Shown here: one piece after another, positions 34,974 through 50,404 of the stretch
Numbering within the stretch: the first letter of the stretch is position 1
Layout: each line of letters opens with the position of its first letter
DNA from: Hydrolagus colliei
Lineage: Eukaryota
Assembly (NCBI GenBank): GCA_035084275.1
Contig: CM068750.1
Span: forward strand, 10,726,001 to 10,790,000
Direction of reading: 5' to 3'
DNA length: 64,000 bases
Program-made: the position numbers and the translations under genes
Notes under the pieces: model-generated
The model's database searches: none
Told to the model about the DNA's origin: nothing
What the model saw: only the letters and a program-made list of their open reading frames with translations

Positions 34974-37900
34974 AAAATAGGTTACATTCAGAAGTGTTGA
35001 TATCTTGTCCTTTTCTTCACCACCACTGAGCCAATAGTTGTCTGCAGTCCTATTTTAAACTATAGTTTTCATGATGTAATTCCTGTAGCCCGTCTAAATA
35101 AACCAGAGTCTGCTAGAAGGGCAGTGATTGTCCAATTAAACTTTCAACATTTTTTAGGCCTAAATTCTAAATCAATCATTCAGAGTGTCTACTGGGGTTC
35201 AGTTTAACTGCCATCTGCATTTTTTCCCCTGTTTACCGCTTACAATACATATTTTTTGCAATTATTGTACACATTTCCTCAACATAATAAGAATAAGAAT
35301 ATATTTTCGGTCTTGCACATAAAATCCGTGCACTTTAACTAAACTAAATCAAAAGAGAGTTCACAACTGCTTATGGATTCTAATTAGATTCCTTTTGCGA
35401 TGCCTTTTGGAATATATTTAGCCATTGAATTTTTAATTAAACATTTGAATCAGTTTGCATTACTTCTTGGAGCACACGTTGCTTTAAAGCAACCTTATCG
35501 CATTGCTTTATTTGCCTCTTTCTTGAATCTACTTTCACTGGGAGAACAAGACATTCCCAGTAATATCACACACTGCAAGTAAATATTGGTAGAAACCCAT
35601 AATGCGCAGATGATAGTTTAAATATCGCAGAATATAGCATACTTCCCAAATGTAAGGTCTTATTTAAAAAAACATCGAAGTTGTTAGGAATTTCATTTGA
35701 TAGTTTCTGAATTGATAGTTTTATGGCCAACGTTACTGCGGTTGTTATTGTAAAATGTCAAATTCTAAAACCACCACGCAACGCGAGGCCAATTCAAATA
35801 AATACTGAGTGTAAATGAACACAGCTGTATCGGCTGTGATCTGGGCTTCAACAACACTTATTTGCTTGAAGTGAAGCCCAGCCAGGACATTGTGAATCAT
35901 ACCTTGCACGAAGACGTTATGATTATACAGTATTTAATTTTATTCTTAAAAAGTAACTCACGGCACTAATTTGCAGGCAATACATCTTTTTTGCATTGCT
36001 ACTTTGGCTCCCCCACCCCCCCTAAAATATTAAATATGTTTTGACTGGACAGATTTCCACAAGAAGACATCAGATATTGTGAGAAAACGTTTGCTAACAA
36101 TTTCCCCGCTAATCTGATCCGCCTGTAGGCCTGTACGGGGTGATTTGCTCATTTGTTCGTTTTGTATTGTGTTAAATTTGTCCACGAGTAATGTAACAAG
36201 GCCAGTACCTTTCACAATAGGCCTGAAGGAAAATGAATCTCTCCTCTAGATGCTATCACTCCAATGTTAAACGGGGTGATACGAACGGGACGTGCATACT
36301 GTGGATTAACAAGAAGATTTATCCGGAAAGAGAGAACTGAGAGTTTGAGAGAAGCAGTTGCTATAATCTTTAAATAATACTTTTTTCCCCTTAAAAAAAC
36401 GTGAAGCCTCATTTGCATAGTGCCAAGACGCGGTGACGTGTTCTCTGCCGAGCTCTCACTCTGAATACGTATAACAGAGAAAATACTGTATATATCCACT
36501 TCCCCCTCTCCCCTAAATCAGCCGTACAGACCCGGGGTAGGGGGGGGGGGGGGGGGGGAATGATCAATCTGCTTACAATTCGGAAATTAAAGTATAGTAT
36601 AAGATGTGTAATACAATATTAAATATTGGTCTTTTGGCTCCAACACAGGCTCGTTAGTTGGTCAGATCGTTCTGTCTCATTCTGGCATTTCTGCAGTTGT
36701 GTTCTTTGTGAAGGTAGCTTTTTTTTGTAACAAAAAATATGACAACACCGTCTCCAATCTAACTTCGCCATGATTCAGTTAAAAGTTCGAGAGTTGTTCG
36801 TAAAGTGCGGATGTACAGTTTTATGGAAGGAGCCGCTGGACACCCCGAAGCTTGGGAGACATGGGCGTGGAGCGGGGCGAGGTTTCTGGCCCTTGGGTAA
36901 GTTCATTTATTATTCAACCTTACTAAGAGTTCTTGTGGGGGGGGGGGTTTCTATCGAAGGCTCTCTGAAAATATATATACAATTGCAAAGATCTGAAAGC
37001 CCCCACCATTGCCCTCACCCAAATGCAGCATTGCGTTGTGCGGAACAAAGCTAGAAAGCTATCTTGATCTTCTCGGTGTTATTTAGACCTAAATAAGAGT
37101 TGCAATGTTTCTAACTTCGGAAGTCGAACTAATCAATGGAACTACTGTTCGTTGTTGGTTTAAGTAGACGGTACCACAAAGGTATTAAATTATACGACAT
37201 TCGTGTCATTGGAACGAGACAGCCTTGTAAAATGAAGATAAATATTTGTAACCGCGCTGATTTTATTTAAACTGATTGTATTGGCTCCATGTTGTACACA
37301 GGCAACGGGCGAATGTGACGTAATTTATCATAAAAGCATTGCACTGATTATTTCCACATTAAAACCACAACTTTTAAAACAAAATCAGTGGGGTGTGTTT
37401 GTGGGAATATGTTTCAACAGTCGACAAGTTAGACGAGACAATTGGAACCCGATTCTGTATTATCACAGTAAGACTTCTATCATTGTCAGCATAGTTCCGA
37501 GAACTAACCCGGAGTGGGAGGAGAAATTGGATCTTCGCAGTATTTCTATGTACAGACTCGGTTAAATTGCTCGGCTGTGATTGAGGGAATATCCAACGCG
37601 AAAACAAAACAAATCTCAAATTACCCTCACACCAAAGAACATCAAATTCATCAGCAAGACGTCTGGCAAATATTATATAAAAGTGGGAGAACCAGCTTTT
37701 CTGCTCTGCGGAGCCAAGCGGCTTATAACCTTTAATCTAAAGGTTCCCAATAATCAGGGCAATATGTCGAGGTAATAGATTCATACCATAGCTATTGTTT
37801 CCCATGACAGGAATATCAGATAATTCGGTTTTCATTCTTTGGTGCAATAATGTGTTGAGTGACTTGAACGTTTTTAAAAAAATGTTCTTTCTAAATATTG

Positions 37901-39787
37901 AAAAAAGCGAGCACATTTTGAGCGTTCATTTCTCAGCGGGTATCGGGTACAACGCGGTATTTTCAAAAATATAAAGTCAAGTGTACGTTGCTGTGTGCTG
38001 CACCGGGAATGTTGTATTGGTACTGAGTTATGGGAAGAAAGGTTTCACTGAGAGAGAGAGAGAGGGAGAGAGGGAGGGAGAGAAACAAAACAAAAGGTCA
38101 CACAACTGTAACAAACTTTTATCAGCTTCTCTTCCTCCGCGGGTTTCTTTTTTGTGCACGAATTCTTCGGCCTCTTTAAGTTAGTAGAATGGGCAGCACC
38201 TTAATCCTTTGTGTGGCATCAGAGTGCTTTAAGCAACGCCCGTGCTAAGATTTCAAAATACAGAAAGGGAATTAACGCCAACATCTCAGGTGTGTTTCGA
38301 ACTATTTTGCTTCGTAAACGTGAATGGTCAATTCGAAAACACGACGATATCTTCACTCTCGAGTTGGCGGCGCTTTTATTTTTGGCACACAGTGTTGTGT
38401 CCCCGATATTTATTTCTATTCTCTAAATTCTTTTTATTTTGTGAATTTTGTGTCTTGGTTCGTGCATTTCAATAAATGCCAAAAGAACAACGACACCGAA
38501 TGATTGTCCGATCAGTTCTAATGATGATCATTATATCCAAAATAATGCAGGATAAATACTGATTGCTTGCTACAGGAGTTAGGCAATTAAAACAAATGCT
38601 ATGTTTATTTATTTAACGGAAAGACCTGGGGGTTTCAATAACCCCAAAGAGCGAAATTTCCGATGGAGCGTTTGGGTCAATTGTGATTTGCTGGATTAGG
38701 AAAAGGTGAAGGTGAAGATCATTAGAGGTTTTAGGGATGTGTGAATGGTGCTCAGGTTTATCTCATTGTATTCTGAGGGCGGAGTTTTCGCACATTGTAA
38801 AGTTACTGGCCAAACCTCGCTAGAAGTGCCTGGAAACAGATGGCAGCGACATAGAAACCGGACCAGAGTTTTAGCACCAATCCACATTAGGTAGGTAATC
38901 TATAATAATAATCATGTGGTATCAGAATAACTGCAGTAGAGCAAGAGTACACTGACAAAAAATCAAGTTACGCGACCTTACAGTTTACCTGTAATTATTG
39001 AGAGAGAGCAAACTACTTTTTCCAACAACTTAAAGTCGACTAGATCAGTACTTCTGTTTTAATTATTTAAACCATGTCTTTTCGCAAAACAACGTCAATT
39101 TGCTTGTTATTTGTGCTAAAATCCTTTAAATATAAAGATACTCATCCGTCGTAAGTCATCTTCATGCAACCCTTTGGAAATCTGCTACATCAGTCCAAAG
39201 TAAAGAAGTATATGTGTCAACAAGTATGTCCTACAACATCTAGAGCATCTTGCCTTTGGAGTGCTGACGGCCTTTCCTTAAATCAGTTTTACCATTTAGC
39301 TCTAATACAAGCATATACGCGTATGTTTGGGATAAAACTATATTATATACATGTATATTACTATTTTAAAACACTTATCCAATGTCTTAAATAAAAATAA
39401 TAACCCGAGGAAATGGATTCACGTACAGATCAAATGTGCAGAATTTCGCAGTTGATCAAGTGGATATACTAGAGATTCGTATTATTCCACAATATATCAC
39501 AACACGACATGAAACACCATCCTTTTGGTTGCGTTTTGGATGAGCAATACTGACATGGGAACTTTTGGTTCCTTGCCGAGTTCTGCATTTTAAAGATAAT
39601 TGTACCAACCTATTTTTATCATTACCTCTTCCTTAACTGAGGCACAATAAACGTTGCTTTGTCTGAAAGATTAGTTCCTTTGTGCCATTTATACCAATCA
39701 CAAATTGTCATGTTTAAGCAGATACCTGAAGATGTGAATTAAAGAAAGGGGATTCAATTGCAACGCCACTGTCGGTGACTGCATGTG

Positions 39788-39819
39788 AATAAGCACCATT
39801 AATAAGCACCATTAATAAG
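39788..39819 (+). repeat. 13 bp tandem duplication (AATAAGCACCATT x2.5)
   Basis: Perfect direct repeat. Confidence 0.9.
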
Positions 39820-41835
39820 GTAAAATGTTTCGCTTAAGATTAATTTGAACACAATATTAATATAAGAAAGGTGTCGGTGAAGGGTGTCTTTGCAAGAAAA
39901 TGTAGCCCGGATCGTATCGTCTTGTCAATTGGGTTCTTTGTGGAACTCGTTGCTTTAATGCGCCGTATATTGTACATGTATGTGGTTGCTTTAATACAAA
40001 CGCAGAATGTTGCTATAAATAATGCAGGCCTGGTAGATAAAAATAAGTGTTGCTTTATTACAATACATTTATTGCAAATTTAATACATTTGGTCCCGTTT
40101 CCTGCTTTTAAAACAACCGTTGTTTCATTAAATTATCTACACGATGTTTTATAAATTTATAGATTGTTTTTTTTTAAAAAAACGCAGTTGTTCCAAATTA
40201 TTCAGCCGTTCAAAGCATTCACACACAAATGCAATAATCCACAAATCGTAATTACACGTGCGTGTGTAAAACAACAAGGTTTTTCTTTGTATACCACCCC
40301 TTCATTTTTTTGGCGGGGGGTGGGTGGGGGAGGGAAGGGAGAGGGAATAAATTACATTTCACATTTTGGCAACTAAAACCAGTGACTGGTTTATTTAATT
40401 GCTGTTTATGAATCGAGCATTGCGTGAGTAGCCGACCTCATCCTGTATGCCAACATCATTGACTGTGACAGGTCACTTTGTTAGCCGGTACTTGCTGTTA
40501 CGAACCCAGATATATAAAGTATTTTATTCGAAGTTAGCGCAATGCACCTATCAAACAATTCTAGGCGATTTCCCGATGATTAGGTTTTAAACACCAAGAC
40601 TTGTTTTTTTTTTACATGAAAATGAGTGGTATATCGCTACCGGCACAGCCAGTGTAGAACCCTTTACGTTTACAAACATTACAGCTCCTTTTGCGGTGCA
40701 GGTTCTCATAATTCCCAAATATGCGCTGTAACGTGATATACAACTTCTAGATATGAAAAGAACAGATTATGTGAGAAGACAGGTATTAACTTTCGCCTTT
40801 ATCGTTGATAACCAATCGTCAAAATATTAAGGACAGAATGAATAGGATGGGGGCGCTGTTGTTAAAGCAATGAGACTACCAGCGTGTCTTTTTTCTCTGT
40901 CTAATCTCTCCTTCTCTCTCGCTTTCCTTCACAGCTTGTGTCTGTGTTTCGAAAACACAATACATGTCTTCGGTTGTCTTTTGTGCACTTAAAATCTATT
41001 TTAGTGGCGAAGGAACGGGTGACCGTGTTCAGAAACATGTCCCACAGTAGCTCAGTGTATCCCTGCTCGGCAGTGGTGTTTAATTGGCACAACATATATC
41101 ACGTTGCAATTTATAGCTCTAGGAAATTATATTTTGATAAGACATTGTGTTGACAAATACAACAACGCGAACAGTTGTGGCACCAATTATGCTTGTTCAG
41201 AAGCGGTGTCAGTTTACGAATCATATGCTTAGCTACACTCAATAAACTAACAAAAGAAAACATTTTGGGATCAACGTTGAAACATTTTGAAAGCAAATCA
41301 ATGATATTGTTCAACTATGTTTTTTTTTGCAAATTATAAAATACAAACATTTGGAATCGTAAAAGTTTCACTCACTTTATGAACCAAGCTCTTTCATTTC
41401 ACACATGACGATGGAAGCTTACTTTTTAGCAGAACATAGATCAATCAGCTGTAATGTTATATGTTGATTCATTGCTCAACAGCAATGAACAGCAACAATA
41501 TATTAAACCGGGAGAGTGCAGACATGATGTTTTAATACAATTTAAGAGATACATATCCACGCAGAATGAAAAAAAACATATAATTGTTCCATTCGGTTGT
41601 ATTTTTTATTTGACTTAATATTTTGACATCTTTGAAATATCAAATGTCTTTCCTGCAACCGATATTTCATCCTTTCTTGTTATGTGGGCATTTCACGGCT
41701 CTCTGTTGCTCGTCTTATTAGCTGACAGAGCTAACAAAACAGATTTAAATAATTTCTTAATGGGGAGATTCTATCTTCACCAAAGACATTTGAAAGGGCA
41801 AAGAAGGCTAGACCTTGATCAGTCACCGCGATACT

Positions 41836-41837
<2 letters not shown>

Positions 41838-41870
<33 letters not shown>
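41838..41870 (+). repeat. (TG)16 microsatellite
   Basis: Directly visible. Confidence 0.95.
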
Positions 41871-41871
<1 letters not shown>

Positions 41872-44800
41872 TGTGCGTATGCGCGGGTTTATGTGTTTGT
41901 CTGTTATGGGGAAATATATTTAAACATATGTCACTTCATACAGTTCCCAAATATACAATTTTAGTAGCCCTAATGAGTGCGTGTGTGCGTTCGAGTGTGT
42001 ACACTGAACAGACTGTGTTCACATATTTTGCAGGTGTACTGAACAGCAGTAAACACTGGCTTTCACTGCACGATTTAAATACAGAAAAAAAAGATAATTT
42101 AGGATTTTAGGATTTGATCTCTTGGTTCAGATATATTTTTAAAATGGAAAATCTCCTGGAATGTGCAGTTAGTCGAATATTACTGTAGATGGAACATCGG
42201 GGGATGATGTTAAATGTGAGACTAATCATACGCCCTTTACATCTGAATGAAAGCAGCAGAAGTATTAACCACTCAACAGTTTGACCAGACCACGACCCCC
42301 TTTACTCCACCTACTCCCAAACCACAAAATTTGTGCTTTTGTTAGACATCATTCGTCCGCGTTTGAAGAATATGGGTTTCTTAACAGAAGGTGCTTTGTA
42401 CGGGTGCAATTCCTGCATTCTGGAGAGATGCGGCTTAAGTGACTGCATGTGTAAATGATATGTGTGTTTCTGTGTTTGGATGGCGAAAATCTGCGTTTAA
42501 TGTAAACCGGCGAACAAAACAAACACGATCGGTTATTTCTGTGGATTTTTATGAATGAATAGGAGCTCTATTTACAGTGGGTCAAACTGATCCAGAATGC
42601 AGATTTGAAGCTTGACAATATTATATTATTGAATTAAATAATAGCAAAATAAAGGGTAGTTTGTATTAACTGATTATTATTGCACGATCAAGTGGAGTTA
42701 TTTTTTAATTTGGATTTAATAAGTGGCACAGGGATAGTAACTCGATGAAGAATATGTTCGTTTATGTTTCTTACACAATTTGTGATTTCAGAAAATGCGA
42801 AAAATTCTGGTCTCAAAACAAGTTTGCAAACCGAAGCGAACAATGTATAAAATTTTTGCCAACGTTCCCAGTATTCACATACAAATGTTGTAATCTATCA
42901 CAAAATGTAGTGCCTACCATTAAAACTATGGAGAGTTCACACCTCAGTATTTAAGACGAAACGCTGATAATTGGTTTAACAATTACACTGCACCTTGTCT
43001 TTGTACGTTAACAGTTACTGTATCCTGTATTTTTTTTTACAATAATTATCCCCTTGGATTCATTTCAATTCTCGTTGCTAAAATTAATTTTCATATTTCA
43101 TGTAACCTTATTTTGCTATTTTCTTAAATAAACACTTTCGCTCGTTTACACTTCCCCTTTAATGTATTCTAGTATTCTTAATTTCTTGTAAATATGTTTC
43201 CTGTTAATAGAAGCCCACTTAATAAAAGAAACACATATTAGTAAACGTACGTTTTAAATAGACATTTATTTTGCGGTTAAGAATTCTGTGAGAATTACTT
43301 TCCAATTGAGAGCGACAGCAAATGATAACACTTACAATATCAATAGTAGATAAACGATAATTAAAATCTCACGTTTTGAGTAATATAGATAATAATATAG
43401 TTTTTAATCATATAGATATAAAGTAAATATTGATCGCGAAGCCGTAAATAATCATTACCTCTTCTGATAGTGTTTTATATGTTTGGGAGACAGAGAATCT
43501 ACCACTATATTCACACTGTATAAAACATTCGGAAGTCAATGGGGCGAGCCTACCAACATGTATCCGACAGTGCATGCCAAATGAATGCGGATAAATCCAC
43601 CACACTGTTACAAACAGTATAATGAAACAACATAGAAACTAATTTTCGATTCATTTCTGTTAACACCATACATTACAAATGAAACCTCTTGCTTTTAGTT
43701 GCTAAAATGATCGTTGCGAGTAGGCAAATAGCTATCATCACTTAATATTTCCAATACACCGATTTCAAATGCCTGATCCGTTCTCCCCAAAAAAATATTT
43801 ATTAGTATTCTTGCAGCACAGATGATATGCCTAATGGCAGGGGTTGATTTGCTGTGTTCTATTAACATTCTATTAAGTCACATATTTGATTTAGTTTATA
43901 AATATTTAAATCTGATTTTACGGTCTTACTTTCCCTCTAAAATACCGACTGCGATATTAATGATAAACATATGTACACATTACAAAGCAACAACAATAAC
44001 AACGCAAAAAAATTATAGTGCAGTCATTTATTGGGGATTCAACACAAACTACACGCTTTATATTTAAATTTAAACTTGTTTTCGTGTTGTTCAACTGTAC
44101 CGGTGTCTATCTATTTTTTTTGACGTTGTACTTTCCAATATGTATATTCTTTAGTTTAGGTTCATTGTATGGGTTTCTTATTGTCTGAAATGAAATGCCA
44201 TCAATCCGTTTTTTAAATCTCCTGATAATTTTACACTGCAGTAGGGCCATTGTAGGTCACTGGCAAAGGTGTTTGTGTTTAAACAATTGAAGTACAGCGG
44301 TTCAATCGTTATTGTACATTTCCATGTAGGAAACTATAACCGACAACACATGATACATGTCCTTTACGCAGAGGCAGATAAAACAATGTGTACAACCTTG
44401 AGTCATATCTGCGTTATTTTTCCAGGGCTGTGTTAAGGGCAGTGATTGTGCGAAGTAAGAATAAAGTGGGTTATAAAATGTATTCCTTTTCCGGCCTAAT
44501 CACTCGTACTCCCAAGTTAACAGCAACCCAAACCTTTTTTTTATTTTTCTGCGCTATGCTTAATCTTGTTACAAATTATAAAATACTTCCAATTGTTTCA
44601 AAGAATATTTCGTAGTCAACTGCTACGCTAGGCTTGAAAGGATTTCTTTTAAAAATCAACATTGAAATTGTGTTTCATATCTTAAATTGCTTTCTGATCA
44701 ATGCTAAGTCATTACATGTGATGTGAAATGCATTTACGCATTCATTAGATTGATAAAGAGATCGCTAGATGTAACTAACTTATTGCTTATTCTTTATATT

Positions 44801-47800
44801 TGTCTACAGTACAACCCACTAGAAAGTTGAAATTGGAGATTTACCTCATTTTTTCACCTAACACAGCATAAATATTAAGAAGATTTACAAGGGAACACGG
44901 TATGTGTCATTGGGAAGTACTTGGGCGATAACCTATTATATCAATAAAGTGAGTGACAGCAATTCAAATTACAGACATTTCATTAGAAAATTAGACAATC
45001 TCGGCTTTACGGTAACACTGGAAAGCGACGGAAAACTGTGCAAAAAAAAATCTACTATTGCGCCCATCACTTTGAAATATAATGCAATTTATTGCGATAA
45101 TAATAATAATAAAATGCCGATATGCTGTGTGGTTTGTGAGTTTGCTCAGTATTGTGTTTGCGATGGTCTCCCGTAGGCCAGCACAACCTGTGGACTGCAA
45201 GATCAATCTGGGCAGCGCTGTTTGAAAGTGCGGATTCTTTCTTTCTTTTGACTCGCCGGCCCAATAGGTTGAGCTAATGCTGAGGGCTTCGTGTGAATGA
45301 ACTAGAAAACACTCGACAGGTCGTGAATAATCGTTTTAATGAGTGTGTAAAACATGCGACGGGGTGCAGAGAGCTGTCGGGTTAAACAAACAACTTGTAC
45401 CCTGATGTAATCCGATTGTTAAAGTGCAAAGTGGTGTCATTCCAGTTTTCTGTTCCGTTCGTTAAAACCACAGCTCCAACACGCGGGAGTCCAATTGTCC
45501 CAATTAAAGAAAAATAACAATATTTTCTTAACTTGAGTGTGATCTTGCTTAATGTTACTCTGTGGTTTAGCCAAGCATCAAGTCAAACAAAAAGGTGATT
45601 TGCGATCACACTATGGTCTTTAATCAAAGTCCAACCTAACCCATAATATATTTGCTGTCCGTAGGACAGCCCATGTGTGAATGTTCAGTGTATTTAGTAT
45701 AAAAAGAAGTTAGCAGATCGATACAAGGTCAATTATTTTATAAGTACCATGTAGTGCTTTGATTGAAGTAATTATGATTTTTAGAGCAGGGAAATACTAA
45801 TTGTAACTTTTGGATTTTTTTTCAACTGAAATACAATGGTTTCGAAACCCATAGATAGGAAGTTATACGATATTTAATAAGTTCGATGGATATTTCTAAA
45901 TGGCAGAAACTCTTTGCATATGTTTTCAAAATGTTAGTCAAGTGTACATTTCATTTGTAGTGCATTAAGAAATGTACAGGTACTTAAAGAGGTTTACTTT
46001 ACTTTTCCATCCCAAATACACACTGTTAAATAATAAGATCATTGTTATTTTGAGGCAATGGTATCGTGTTAAATAATCTCTGAATTAACTGTCACTCCGA
46101 CCTCCCCAAAAAGAAAAGAACTGTCAGGGAGAAGGGAATTATTGAACTAAACATTCCCAATGCCCATGGTTTCTCGTGAGTTGTCTTTTGAAATCTAGGT
46201 TATATATTAAATTTGCATTGGATATCGATGGGACATTCTTTTACAAAGTCGTGTGACGTTTAGAAATTATTTAACACGCTAATTTGAAGACAGGTGGGAG
46301 ACAGGTGTTTACCTCTAACTTTTTTTAAACGATCTTGTATTTTAATAAGCGAGGTTCACAATTATTAACAGCCTAACGTTAAATATGAATTCTTACAAAA
46401 GTACTCGAGAACATAGTTAGTCAGAGTGAACCGGTAGAATATCAGATTTAAGTCCATAAAATGGAAATATAAACATTAATATTTTTTTCAAAATATAAGT
46501 TGAAATAATATGCTTGCTTAAAACAACTTACTTCAATGCATTCGGATTTTAGACTTGCTTAATTACAGCTAATTGTGTTTATTTTGACATACACAATTCA
46601 AAAATAACCCTATATATAGAGCCACCCAGTAAACACTTCAGGTAGTATTACACTAATTATACAGTTGTATACAAACTGCACTACAATAAAACTTAACACT
46701 GTGTAGGTACGAAATTCATGTATTCTATGCCATTAGTTTCTGATAGTATTTTTGTATAAACGTCTCCATGAACTATTGTACTTACAAGTGGTAATATTCC
46801 TAAAGTATTTCAAAGGTTCACGTACAAATATTAGATGAAACTGAAGCCCCCAAATATCTAGTTGACTTTTTCTCTGATAATGTAAAAAAAACTACCCCCA
46901 ATTTGCTTTTTATTCTGGTTGTTTGTTTTCCGTCCCTTTGCTGTGTAAGTAAAATGCGCTGACACATGTTTACGTCAATACAGCTGTGCTTTAAGAAACG
47001 TTTGTCTTGCTGAAGTGAAAACAGGTTACAGAAACAAAAACATTTACAACGTCAGAAGCAGGCGGCGACAATTCTCCACACGTCAACAATAACCCATGAG
47101 TTTCAGAGGCGAAGAGAAAGTGACAGCGTTCCTATCAGATATCTATCTCTTTGCCCAATCTATAATTTCAATTTTAGAAATTAAGTGTTCCACTCTCATT
47201 TACAGTCTTTCGCGAAACATACACTTTAGATGATAATTGGTCGACTTTACTTTTTAAAGATATAATACTGCCCTTTACCCAATGAAAACTTGAGTTTTAT
47301 TATACGCCTATTGTACATAAACTGTTGAAGAATGAAAGTACAGAATAGGCAATGGCAAACCGTCGGAAATTACAATCACAAAGAAGTGAATGTGGACTTT
47401 TCTGGTCAGCCCCAGTTACACTGGAAATGAATAGTTAGCCACTGTGAAGACGTGAAGCGGCTGCCAAGCGTCGTCATTATGTTTGCAGATTTCAGTCATC
47501 ACAGTAAAGCAACTTGTGAATTCTGAGATACACCCCCACTAACCCCCCCCCCCCCCCCCCCCCCCTCACCTCCCACCACCACCGCTCTCTCTCTCTCTCT
47601 CACTCAGAGTCATTGACCCCCAACCAGAATCACAATGAGTCGTTCAATACTCCCAGCACAAGAAGTAAAAAAAATGTTCTCGAAAATGACCCTCGGAGCT
47701 AGGAACCGAGAGAAGGTGTAATGTCTACTTAGTGAAGTGACTGGGTGTCCGATCAGATGTCATGTAAACGAAAGTTAGACGGCGAGAGACATACCTCAGA

Positions 47801-48417
47801 CCAAAGAAGAGGTGAATATGATGAATGAAAAGCTGGTCACAGTGCACCGAGTCAATATGACATCCCGCCATAAAGTGTTCTTTTGTACAATAAAAAGGAG
47901 AGCTCGGCGCCGTTGCAGGTTGTAGATGGTAAACAGGTCGTCTCTGCCAGAGTGGGGATTGCTATTGTTAAACTCGCTGGAGCCATTGTGTGCCAAATAC
48001 AGTGGAGAAGAGCACAGACAATCTTGAGATTGGATTTCTTGGTGTATTTTCTTCCGAAACAGTTCACTGGTTTGTCGAAAAGTAGTGTATCAAAAACAAA
48101 ACATTTTTATCCGCAAAATCACGAGAACAAATGCCCAAGGTTAACTACCCAATTGGCAACAACACCGCAGACAGAATTGTGAAGTTCAGAATCTCCCGTT
48201 TAACCGGACTGCTAAAGTCAGTAAGCATAACAATGATTGAAATGATGAATGATAAAAAAAAATGATGTGTCTGGTCCTTAAACCGCTGTTTTGGCACAAT
48301 CCAGACAAATTAGTCCCCATAACTTAATCGTAGTAATCGTTTCCAAAGGTTTATACTCATTAAAATAAATCCATACACGTTTCATTAGTCATCGGCGTTC
48401 ATTCATGGCGTTCAAAA

Positions 48418-48592
48418 ATAATAGTAAGTTAGTGATTTAACCCACGACTGTTTGTGGGACACTGCTGTGCGTAATTGGCTGCCGCGTTTCACCCACAAAG
48501 ATACAGTCAATTCACTTTGCAGTATATTCTGTGAAGGGCTTTGAGACGTCTTGAGGATTCGATAAGGCGCTATATCTAATGCAAGGATTATT
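48418..48592 (+). mobile_element. 5'-truncated SINE copy
   Basis: gactgtttgtgggacactgctgtgcgtaattggctgccgcgtttc...gataaggcgctatatctaatgcaaggattatt. Confidence 0.9.
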
Positions 48593-50090
48593 GTTTTTAT
48601 CACTATTTATTGAACTTTTCATCAGATTTCAAATATTTATATTTGTTTACTTGTATTGCTCTACTGTAAAGCGTCATGACAGTAACTAGAGATTTTAATA
48701 GTCTACTTACAGCTTTGAATCACAGTTGAACTAACACATTCTGTATTAACTGTATTCTAGTTCATCTTTATTAAACCAACAAATTCCTTGTTAAAATATG
48801 CACTGCACCATCGTTTAACTGCCCTAAAATAATCCTGCATTGTTTCGAGGGTGAGTGAGCGTACAACTTGCAACCGAAGCTGTAGAGTTAAAACGACCGA
48901 AATGAGGCGACGTTAATTTATGTAAACACAAAAGAAATCATATGGTAATGTTTCAAGAATCCATTTGTTCTTGATAATTGTTAAGTATCCCAGGTGTAAA
49001 TGTTGTTCACACTGAAACGATGTCAATTCTTTCTCTCTCTGGTTTTACAGATTTCTCAGCTCTTTTCTGAGTAGTCTTTTTTTTTAAATGTCAAAAAGCC
49101 CAAACGCCAATGATTGGCACTTTATGATGGCATTTTTTGATCATTCCGGATAAACATATCATAACATTTTTCGATGTATTTCACGTACGTTTAACGTTAC
49201 AGCTGATCTCATCGATTCTACAGATTACATCGACGTTGTCCTATTTCCTATGGTCCTTGCATACTTAGAAGACAGATACAATGAAAGCATTGGTATAAAT
49301 AATCATTGTTTTGTGTAACACCGATATCGTTTGTCACAATATACTCTTCTTTGGTACACATTTTGAAGCGCATGTCAGGCTATGGATTTAATATGTTCTT
49401 ACCATTACCCTGTTGGTGATAAAATCAATAGGAGTATATCTGGTTAACAGGAATTCTTTACAGTGTTATTGAAACATAACATAAATAAAATCGGCGGGTT
49501 GTTTGTTAATTTACAATAACAACAACCAGCATTATTTTGCACCTGGAAAGTTTCAAATTGATAATCCACTTGTTAATGTGATGATTTTAGACATCTGTTG
49601 TGAAATAATTTGACAAGTTACCAACACAACGCAAAAAAGGCTCTGATTTCATTCAGTACAAAACAAGAGGAAAGGGAAAGAATAGTCTTTATTCAACCCT
49701 CTGAAATGACACGAAGAAATAACCCAAATAATCTGTCTGACTTTAATGGAGTTTATGGAAAAAAAATCCAGAAATAATAGGACCAATCACTGAGATATAA
49801 CACTTTTCCCCCAATCAGACGTTTCCCACAGTCTTCACCTCTACATAAAAGTCAAATACCACAGTATACATATGTTCAAGTTTTCAAAAAAAAGTCGAAA
49901 ACAAAAGCGTTTGAAACTATGATTGATATGAACTGACAGGCTGACAGGGCAATGGTCTCCCAAATAAAATCAGTAAATTAATGTTGATCAAAAAGACAAA
50001 AAGTCTGTTTATGATTCTGTATGTTTGTAGAAGAGTGCCAAATATGCATTATTTCATTTAAGATTGAATGTCATTGGAGAAATCACCATT

Positions 50091-50170
50091 ACAACAACAA
50101 TAATTGCATTTATATTAGCGCCTTTCACGTTGGGAGGACGTCCTAATGTGCTGCACAGTCAATGTTTCAT
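50091..50170 (-). mobile_element. L2-type 3' tail
   Basis: acaacaacaataattgcattta...gcgcctttcacgttgggaggacgtcctaa. Confidence 0.75.
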
Positions 50171-50404
50171 CATTCATTACATTTATGAACGCTTATATAC
50201 CATAATATAAAAAAGTGAGAACCGATTTTCGTATGTTTTGCTCCTCGTCTTAGTGACAAAGTACTGGAGAACAAAGAACAATTCTGAGACTATTATATAT
50301 ATTTTAAAACATTGATTTGTCAAATTGTTATTCTTTTAAATTGGATATAATACAAATCGGTATACAATTTGAAAGCCCAAAATTCAAGAGATTCAATGAT
50401 TTAG

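Larger units (their letters stand above)
34082..34995 (+). other. FOXG1 3'UTR (approximate end)
   Basis: AU-rich region between the stop codon and AATAAA at 34968, containing miRNA seed matches known for FoxG1. Confidence 0.75.

Noticed and set aside
41780-47807. Additional ACCAAAGA miR-9 seeds (~41780, ~47800)
   Set aside because: Far beyond the polyadenylation signals and expected by chance.
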